From IMG/VR virus record IMGVR_UViG_3300042892_005180, positions 64,001 through 74,381 of that record: a stretch of DNA of 10,381 nucleotides. One strand, written 5' to 3'. The notes beneath the pieces are model-generated. The model did not search any database, was not told the origin of the DNA, and saw only the letters and a program-made list of their open reading frames with translations. Positions 1 through 5,774 of the stretch are shown piece after piece. This DNA comes from a virus (Duplodnaviria; Heunggongvirae; Uroviricota; Caudoviricetes). Position numbers and translations under genes: made by a program. The first letter of the stretch is position 1. Every line of letters starts with the position of its first letter.

Positions 1-9
1 AGAACTTTC

Positions 10-37
10 TTGACAAGATTTGCTTCTCCTATACCTT
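10..37 (+). promoter_or_regulatory. Sigma70-type promoter, predicted leaderless start at ATG 45
   Basis: TTGACA 10-15, 16-nt spacer, TACCTT 32-37, 7 nt to ATG 45; no Shine-Dalgarno (SD). Confidence 0.65.
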
Positions 38-44
38 TCCGGGC

Positions 45-491
45 ATGTCACACGCCAACTTGATCAAACACGTCCTCGACGGTGAGCCCCTCCCGGTCGC
101 CCACCTCAACGAGGACGAAGGTTTCATTCGAGAGTTCATGGAGGAGTTCGTCGCTCGGGTGGAGCGCGTCGTCAGCGATCTTCCCGTGATCACGGGCGGC
201 GGCGAGATGACCGAAATGGAACTCTACGAAGCCAAGATGCGCTGCCGCAACATGGAGCGCGAGGAACTCTCGTATCTCTACACCGAGATCGAATCCATGT
301 TCGCCTTCCTGCGCGGCATGGACCCCCTGCGGGCCGTCACGGTCTTCGGCGCCTACTTCGGTGATAGTCCGGCCTGCGGGCGCATCTTCCCCTACATTCG
401 GGCCCAGCACATGACCGCCTATGCGGCTTTCATGCGCCATGTCGGCGAGCACGTGGGTGAAGACCCCGCCGTCGCGGCGCAGGATACCTGA
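45..491 (+). CDS. Hypothetical protein, 148 aa, helical and acidic
   Basis: Clean ORF with C/G-rich third positions, directly behind a promoter; no family motif recognised. Confidence 0.85.
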   Translation: MSHANLIKHVLDGEPLPVAHLNEDEGFIREFMEEFVARVERVVSDLPVITGGGEMTEMELYEAKMRCRNMEREELSYLYTEIESMFAFLRGMDPLRAVTVFGAYFGDSPACGRIFPYIRAQHMTAYAAFMRHVGEHVGEDPAVAAQDT

Positions 492-493
492 TC

Positions 494-1324
494 GTGTTCG
501 CCGCAATCGCGAAATGGAAGAACTCGCTCCCGTCGTGGGGCCTCAAGGAGAACCCCGTGCGGTCGTTCTTCTTCTGCTGGGGGCTAATGTTCACCCTGAT
601 GGGCGGTATCGTCCTCGTGGGCATGCTGATTGGCGGCGATACCGTCAAGCCGTCGCTCTGGTACGTCATGGCCCTGATGAGCTTCCTGGCAGGCGGACTG
701 TGGTGGACCAACTCGTATCCGCTTCTGAAACCAGCCAAGCGGCTATCGGCGAAGCGACACGTCGCCCATTTCATGCTCGGCTACGCAGCGGCGTGGATAG
801 CCTGTGCCGCCCTGTTCTGGATTGAGAAAGGCTTCTCCGTGCCGACTCTCGACGACGGAATTACCTACAGCATGGGGGCATTTGTGATCGCCACCATAGG
901 CAAGGGCTCGGTGTATGCGAGATCGGCCGCCAGCCACCGAAAGTTCACACAGGACCGCCGCCTAGAACTCCGAGATCAGTTTGGCGAACTCATTCTCCGC
1001 ACTGCTCGTTCCTATGAGGTCTTTAGTCCAGAATTCCAAGACTTGATGATCGCGCCGATGCTGCGGGCCCTCTCGGCGATTGAAGATCGCAGTCTCGCGG
1101 GTATTTCATTCGTGACCGGCCTCATCCATACCGACTACCTTCATGCGATGAATATGATCGGTATGCCGACACCGATGATCTTCCAACTTTATCGGCAGGG
1201 CGTCGAAACCCTCAACCAGCCCAATCTCACCGACGAGGACGTTGCGAGCTTGCAGAGCCTGATGAGCCTCGGGGAAGAAATTATCCGAGAGAACAAAGGA
1301 GAGCGGCTTGGAAAAGCGGCGTAA
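494..1324 (+). CDS. Hypothetical membrane protein, 276 aa, about 4 N-terminal TM helices plus a soluble C-terminal domain
   Basis: GTG start with AGGA at 481-484. Hydrophobic segments LMFTLMGGIVLVGMLI, LWYVMALMSFLAGGLWW, FMLGYAAAWIACAALFWI, ITYSMGAFVIATIG. Confidence 0.85.
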   Translation: MFAAIAKWKNSLPSWGLKENPVRSFFFCWGLMFTLMGGIVLVGMLIGGDTVKPSLWYVMALMSFLAGGLWWTNSYPLLKPAKRLSAKRHVAHFMLGYAAAWIACAALFWIEKGFSVPTLDDGITYSMGAFVIATIGKGSVYARSAASHRKFTQDRRLELRDQFGELILRTARSYEVFSPEFQDLMIAPMLRALSAIEDRSLAGISFVTGLIHTDYLHAMNMIGMPTPMIFQLYRQGVETLNQPNLTDEDVASLQSLMSLGEEIIRENKGERLGKAA

Positions 1325-1628
1325 AGTTCGCGGGGATGACCCCAAGTTCAAAACCAACAAGGGGAAAATCCCCTCCGGCTGGCGCAAGCTCCACATCGAC
1401 GACAAGATGTGGCTCTGGCGCGTGGAGTGGGACGTCTACCTGATCGCGCCCAACGGTGATCGGCACATGATCGAAGTGTCCGACCGAGGTGAATCCTGGG
1501 ACCGTTCCGAGATCATTCCGAGCAGGGTCGTGGCCCACATCCGCAGGCACATTCTCAACAAGACCGAGATGGCCGAGGGCGAGACCCTGGTGGTCCCGCC
1601 CCCAGAGAAACACATCATCCGATTTTGA
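1308..1628 (+). CDS. Hypothetical phage-type protein, 106 aa
   Basis: TTG start with strong SD AAAGGAG at 1295-1301; overlaps the upstream gene by 17 nt; Trp-rich beta-type segment RKLHIDDKMWLWRV. Confidence 0.75.
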   Translation: MEKRRKVRGDDPKFKTNKGKIPSGWRKLHIDDKMWLWRVEWDVYLIAPNGDRHMIEVSDRGESWDRSEIIPSRVVAHIRRHILNKTEMAEGETLVVPPPEKHIIRF

Positions 1629-2148
1629 CGTCGCCGCCTGCGCTGATCTTGCCCTTGACCGGGCGGTCGGTGCTGGCCGCCACGGTGACGTTGCCGCCCG
1701 CGTCTACATTGCCCGCCACGTAGCCGCACGTCACGCTCGACCCCGCGTCAATGCTGCCGCCCACATTCCCGGCTTTGACCGATGACCCCGCGTCTACCTT
1801 GCCGCCCACCGCGTCGCACTGGACACTGCTTCCGGCATCCACGTAGGTCCCGACGTTCCCGCATTTGACGGCGTGCCCCGCACTGACGTGGCCGGAGACG
1901 TTACCGCACTCGACGCGGCCACCGGCATCCACAGAGCCCGAGACGTCGCCACAGGTGACGTCACCATGGACGACAAGATGTTCTATGACGCCGCTCTCAA
2001 CCACGACCTTCACGGGTTGCCCGACGTCGATGATGTGGCGACCGACGAGGTCACCATTCACTCTGACGCCTTTTTGGCTGATCTCGACCTTGCGGACATC
2101 GGGGAAACGAAGGCCGTTCAGGAGGATGGTCGCCAGTTTCTTAATCAT
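1615..2148 (-). CDS. Beta-solenoid repeat protein (DUF4097/bactofilin-like appearance), 177 aa
   Basis: About 6 tandem 15-aa repeats V-x-C-G-x-V-x-G-x-V-x-A-G-x-x; start overlaps the end of the upstream gene, with AAGG 7 nt upstream. Confidence 0.85.
   Translation of the reverse strand: MIKKLATILLNGLRFPDVRKVEISQKGVRVNGDLVGRHIIDVGQPVKVVVESGVIEHLVVHGDVTCGDVSGSVDAGGRVECGNVSGHVSAGHAVKCGNVGTYVDAGSSVQCDAVGGKVDAGSSVKAGNVGGSIDAGSSVTCGYVAGNVDAGGNVTVAASTDRPVKGKISAGGDVKIG
1684..1959 (-). repeat. Degenerate 45-nt (15-codon) tandem coding repeat
   Basis: Cys at aa 66, 81, 96, 111, (Ala126), 141, and DAG/SAG recurring every 15 aa. Confidence 0.9.
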
Positions 2149-2785
2149 GGGGCAGCCTTATGATGTTGCAGAGGTCGAAGTAATCTGCGGAGTGGCGGGA
2201 CTGATTGGCAGTTGCATTCGCCACCATGGTATTCACGCATGGCAGTGAAGGGAAGACGGAAAGATTGCAGGCGGCCGAATATTTCCCAACCCCGACCGAA
2301 TGATAAAATTCCTCGTAGAGGACGCGGGGCTGGGGTTGCAGGATGCCGCGCGCCGGGATGTTCAAGATCAACACCGCTTCTCGCCGCAGATGAGCGTTCT
2401 CTTCGGTGAGTTCGAAATCAGCCTTCACCGCGATGATGTCTTCGAGTTCGAAATCGAACTCCTTGGCCACCCTGCCGATCATGTAGTTGGGCCAGTAGTC
2501 ATTGCAGATCACGATTTTATTCAAACCGATCTGTCGTGCTGCCAAGCATATCGGCCGCAGCCAGACATCCATTTTGCGGTCGATGTCGGCGATGACGTGG
2601 GCCCGGAGATTGAACTCCACGAGAGCCGCGACGACTTTTTCTTCGTCGGTCTGCCACTGCGGGACGTCACTCCTGGAAAGCTCCAAGACGGCGGGGTCGA
2701 TGAACATGTCTCGGTAGATGCGGGCCAGGGCGACAAGACGCCGGGCGCGGACGGGGTCTGCGGGCATCGCGTAGGAGATGTTCAT
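2141..2785 (-). CDS. Hypothetical protein, 214 aa; possible degenerate SNF2/SMARCAL1-like ATPase N-lobe
   Basis: Start moved to ATG 2785 (GGGAGG SD upstream, ATGA overlap with the upstream stop). SF2-like motif remnants in the right order: WQ, HVIAD, IVIC, VLYEEFYH, ATANQSRHSADYF. CDS is confident; function is not. Confidence 0.8.
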   Translation of the reverse strand: MNISYAMPADPVRARRLVALARIYRDMFIDPAVLELSRSDVPQWQTDEEKVVAALVEFNLRAHVIADIDRKMDVWLRPICLAARQIGLNKIVICNDYWPNYMIGRVAKEFDFELEDIIAVKADFELTEENAHLRREAVLILNIPARGILQPQPRVLYEEFYHSVGVGKYSAACNLSVFPSLPCVNTMVANATANQSRHSADYFDLCNIIRLPHD

Positions 2786-3468
2786 ATCCGCGTTCCTCCC
2801 ATGACACACTCTGCCCATTGCGCCAGCGCGGGGTCGTTGCAGACGTTGAGGATGAGTTCGTTGGTCTCTGGGTCGAGAACGCAGGCGTGGGACTCCTGAA
2901 AGGAATCCTCACACAACGAGAGGACGTTGCAGACCTCGTCGTCGAAATCGAATTTGAAATCGCTAATGAGGCCGACGCAGAGCGGCCACGTCTTGCGTGT
3001 GACCGGCACCACCCAGATGTTGCTGACGAAATCCCAACCGAATGTCCGGTCGCCCGCTGGCCATTCCGCCATGGCGATCTTGAGACGGTCGGTGATGGCT
3101 TCGTTGACCTTGAATCGGAAACCGAGAAGGTGACCACCGAGATGGCGGACCTCGCGGGGGATGTTCTTGGACTGCACGAGGGGCATACGGTAGGCTGGGG
3201 CGGCCAGCAGGTCGATGACGGACTGCCGGTCCACGTTGCCCTTTGGGTAGGCGTCCACGCACCTCGCAATGGCCTTCACGGCGATGTTGGCCTGCGCGGT
3301 CGTCAGGGGTTTTTTCTGGCCGCCTCCGAAGGTGCTCAACAACCGGGAATCAACGTCCAGGACGAAGTTCATAAGCCATGGGTCGCCCAAGGCTCGGACG
3401 AACTCGTCTCGCCACGAGTTCGTGACGATCATCGACAGAGCCTCTTCGACGGTGGTGACCTTGTGCAT
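2782..3468 (-). CDS. Hypothetical protein, 228 aa; possible HARP-like domain in the C-terminal half
   Basis: Good ORF with AGAAGAG upstream. The segment GFRFKVNEAITDRLK...FGWDFVSNIWVVP resembles the HARP pattern F.y...i..ik.....wd...k.W..p. Confidence 0.8.
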   Translation of the reverse strand: MHKVTTVEEALSMIVTNSWRDEFVRALGDPWLMNFVLDVDSRLLSTFGGGQKKPLTTAQANIAVKAIARCVDAYPKGNVDRQSVIDLLAAPAYRMPLVQSKNIPREVRHLGGHLLGFRFKVNEAITDRLKIAMAEWPAGDRTFGWDFVSNIWVVPVTRKTWPLCVGLISDFKFDFDDEVCNVLSLCEDSFQESHACVLDPETNELILNVCNDPALAQWAECVMGGTRI

Positions 3469-3490
3469 CCGTCTCTTCTACGAGGCGTCG

Positions 3491-3763
3491 CTACTCTTGG
3501 CAATATTCTGGTGGAACCAACATGAGGAAAACGACGCGGTCCCGCTCGGTGCTGAAATAGGCGATAGCTAAGCGGTGGCTCGCAGCAAGAACCCACGGCT
3601 CAAAAACGGCGCCGCTCTCCTCAATGGCTTTGGCGATATCGTCGAAGGCGAATGACCGACTGAGCTTTATCTCGGCCCTGATAGAAAGACCATGCCGGAG
3701 AACTGCGGTCGCAAACCCTTCGCCGACTGAACGGACTTGCCCGGTATGTTCTAGAACGATCAT
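3491..3763 (-). CDS. Hypothetical protein, 90 aa
   Basis: ATG sits at the predicted TSS of a good promoter; C-terminal YFSTERDRVVFLML resembles the F..e.D...F.L tail of small proteins in large phages. Confidence 0.75.
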   Translation of the reverse strand: MIVLEHTGQVRSVGEGFATAVLRHGLSIRAEIKLSRSFAFDDIAKAIEESGAVFEPWVLAASHRLAIAYFSTERDRVVFLMLVPPEYCQE

Positions 3764-3769
3764 CGGGAC

Positions 3770-3797
3770 AGCATAGAATATTACCCTTTTCTGTCAA
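3770..3797 (-). promoter_or_regulatory. Sigma70-type promoter (leftward), predicted leaderless start at ATG 3763
   Basis: TTGACA 3797-3792, 16 nt, TATGCT 3775-3770, 6 nt to ATG. Confidence 0.75.
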
Positions 3798-3805
3798 GGA
3801 ATTGC

Positions 3806-3834
3806 TTGACCGTTCTTTGGCTGACGAATAGTAT
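3806..3834 (+). promoter_or_regulatory. Sigma70-type promoter (rightward), TSS near 3841
   Basis: TTGACC 3806-3811, 17 nt, TAGTAT 3829-3834; SD GAGGT at 3851-3855 before ATG 3861. Confidence 0.8.
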
Positions 3835-3860
3835 GGTTGAAATCATCTTCGAGGTCGCGC

Positions 3861-4490
3861 ATGTCCCGCCACTACTTCTCGACTGACGGCCTGTCCGCGA
3901 CAGTCTGCACGTTCGTCAAGCAGTACGAGGCCGTCTATTCACGCGACCCCAAACTGGTCAACTTCGCCGAAGGCAGCAGCGTGGTCCCCGGCGCCCCGGT
4001 CTTTATCGGACTTCTCAAGGGGGTGACCAAAGAGGTCATCCGCAAGGGCAAGGTGAAAGGCATGGACCGTCGCCTCGTGACGGATGCCCTGACCGATCTC
4101 ATCGGCGTGTCGTTCGACCGCCTGTCACGCGGCCAGGAGATCGCCGCCATCGCGGCACACGTATCTTCGCATCAGTTGGGCGGGATGCCCGCCAATGCCT
4201 GCATGAATGTCGTGCTCCGCTATACCGTCGCGCGCCGGGTTCCAGACATCGCTTTCGGGGGACACGAGCGGACAGTCGGCGATGAGGCCATCATCCCCAT
4301 CGACTTCATCGTTGCAGCCATGCGGGAACTCCGTCTGGCCAATCTACCGGTCGTGGACGAGATGGTGGAGCGGCGCGTCATGGCCTCCCAGACCGCAAAG
4401 CTCTGGGCCAATCTGGTCTTCCCCGTCATGGAACACCTGATCGCCAATCCCAAGGCCGGAACCTGGGACGACGATGACGATCTTTACTGA
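3861..4490 (+). CDS. Hypothetical protein, 209 aa, acidic C-terminal tail (WDDDDDLY)
   Basis: Start moved from TTG 3837 (upstream of the predicted TSS) to ATG 3861, which has an SD; good codon bias. Confidence 0.85.
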   Translation: MSRHYFSTDGLSATVCTFVKQYEAVYSRDPKLVNFAEGSSVVPGAPVFIGLLKGVTKEVIRKGKVKGMDRRLVTDALTDLIGVSFDRLSRGQEIAAIAAHVSSHQLGGMPANACMNVVLRYTVARRVPDIAFGGHERTVGDEAIIPIDFIVAAMRELRLANLPVVDEMVERRVMASQTAKLWANLVFPVMEHLIANPKAGTWDDDDDLY

Positions 4491-4888
4491 GCCGACGCTT
4501 CGTCGGTGTCGTCGGCCATGCCGTCGATGAACTCGATCACCCGGATGCGCATCTTCGGCGACAGGCCGGTGATCGATTTGGCGACCAGGAGGCCTTCATC
4601 GGATTCGAGAAAGCGGCGAACGGTTTCATCATTCGCTTCTTCGACCGGGTCCTGGAGACCCTCGAAGAAAAACATCAGCGGGGTCGAGAGCGTCTGTGAG
4701 ATTTCCCACAGCTTCGACGCCGAAATCCGGTTGGCGCCGGATTCGTATTTCTGAATCTGTTGGAAGGTGAGACCAACGGCCTTGCCGAGCTTGGTCTGGC
4801 TCAGGCCGAGCGACTTCCGCTTCTGCTGAACACGCGCGCCGACGTGGACATCCACGGGGTGGCTTTTCTTCTCTGGGGTATCATTCAC
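4484..4888 (-). CDS. praR: XRE/Cro-C1 HTH transcriptional regulator of the alphaproteobacterial PraR/PhrR type, 134 aa
   Basis: HPVDVHVGARV...LGLSQTKLGKAVGLTFQQIQKYESGANRISASKL...FFFEG plus C-terminal FLESDEGL match the PraR/PhrR family pattern. GTG 4888 has GGAGG at 4901-4897. The symbol denotes homology, not proven orthology. Confidence 0.85.
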   Translation of the reverse strand: MNDTPEKKSHPVDVHVGARVQQKRKSLGLSQTKLGKAVGLTFQQIQKYESGANRISASKLWEISQTLSTPLMFFFEGLQDPVEEANDETVRRFLESDEGLLVAKSITGLSPKMRIRVIEFIDGMADDTDEASAQ

Positions 4889-4910
4889 TAGGGGAGCCTC
4901 CGACTTATGC

Positions 4911-4922
4911 CAACGAGGGTTG
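4911..4922. promoter_or_regulatory. Inverted repeat CAAC-N4-GTTG, candidate autoregulatory operator
   Basis: CAACgaggGTTG lies 23-34 nt upstream of the regulator start; I found no other CAAC-N4/5-GTTG in the window by eye. Confidence 0.5.
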
Positions 4923-5027
4923 CACAACCGGTGGTCTGAGTCAACTAGGCCAAAAGGGGTAGGGCGTGCCGTAATCCGTAGCTCGGTCCATCTCCGCTCT
5001 TACAAGGATGGGGACCACGAAAACATC

Positions 5028-5045
5028 CCGAGGGCTCTCCCTCGG
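5028..5045 (-). terminator. GC-rich hairpin, possible weak intrinsic terminator of the radical SAM operon
   Basis: CCGAGGG-AGAG-CCCTCGG followed by GATGTTTT on the minus strand, about 25 nt after the stop at 5070. Confidence 0.35.
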
Positions 5046-5069
5046 TTTGCTGTCCGGCAACATCAGGGC

Positions 5070-5774
5070 CTAGGCCCCAATCTCTTCAATCTCCACGAAC
5101 TCTTTGCCGCGTTTCTCCGCCAGATAGACGCGCTTGACCACAAGGGGCTTTCCAGTTCGGCGGCCGAACTCCATCCTGTCCTTCGAGAAATCGGCGAGCC
5201 GTTCCATGAAGATCGCCATGTCGGCGGCGGACGGCTTCGCGGTCAGGAAGATGGCGACGCTTTCGTAGGCGGGGAAACCGACGAAGTCCCCAGCAGTGCT
5301 GATCGACCGAAGGGAAGACTCGATGGTGCGTTCACAGGCCTCCTTCGTCCAAGCACCGGGCTTGGAGGCATCTTCGAAATCTTCGGCGTCGAGGCGAGCT
5401 TGGGCGCGATCTACGGTGGGTTTCTGATAGGCCACCATATCCCTTTGAGCCTTCAGCCGCGCATTGGCTTGGGCCTCCTCGTCGCCCGCGTCGTAATGGA
5501 ACCCCATGCCGTTGTTGAGGCGTCCCGGCGACGGCCAGATCGTGCAGACTCGGGGATAGTTTTTGTCATCCCGGCACGTCGTGCTGATTTTCTTCCACGA
5601 GACCGATTTGCCATGCTCGTCCAGCCAGCGACGAAAGTCAGCACCTTCCTTGTCACCGTGCGTGCCGTCATCGACCCCGGTGCAGAACCCGGTGAGTTGA
5701 CGCTCGTAGTTGCCCGAATACTGGTCCGCGTCTACGACGAGGAGGTATGCACAGTTCGGCGAGTGGGTGGACAT
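5070..5774 (-). CDS. Hypothetical phage protein, 234 aa
   Basis: TGATG overlap with the radical SAM stop indicates translational coupling; N-terminal LVVDADQYSGNYERQLTGFCTG looks like a conserved motif. Confidence 0.85.
   Translation of the reverse strand: MSTHSPNCAYLLVVDADQYSGNYERQLTGFCTGVDDGTHGDKEGADFRRWLDEHGKSVSWKKISTTCRDDKNYPRVCTIWPSPGRLNNGMGFHYDAGDEEAQANARLKAQRDMVAYQKPTVDRAQARLDAEDFEDASKPGAWTKEACERTIESSLRSISTAGDFVGFPAYESVAIFLTAKPSAADMAIFMERLADFSKDRMEFGRRTGKPLVVKRVYLAEKRGKEFVEIEEIGA

Noticed and set aside
421-825. Overlapping ORFs 421-825 (+), 48-506 (-) and 430-774 (-)
   Set aside because: Alternative frames or shadows of better-supported genes; Arg-rich and without initiation signals.
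1684-1959. Periodic DNA repeats as a possible CRISPR array
   Set aside because: Degenerate 45-nt in-frame coding repeats with no identical repeats or unique spacers.
2300-3525. Plus-strand ORFs 2300-2899 and 2818-3525
   Set aside because: Shadows of the coupled minus-strand genes, which have SDs and ATGA overlaps.
4889-4927. Longer ATG 4927 start for the XRE regulator
   Set aside because: No SD there; GTG 4888 has GGAGG at 8-nt spacing and fits the family N-terminus.
4916-4944. TTGACT as a confident promoter for the regulator
   Set aside because: No acceptable -10 at 16-18 nt spacing (AACCCT/CAACCC); it may just be the stop of the small ORF.
4985-5077. tRNA or known riboswitch in the structured spacer
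   Set aside because: No cloverleaf, no TTCGA T-loop, and no recognisable aptamer consensus.
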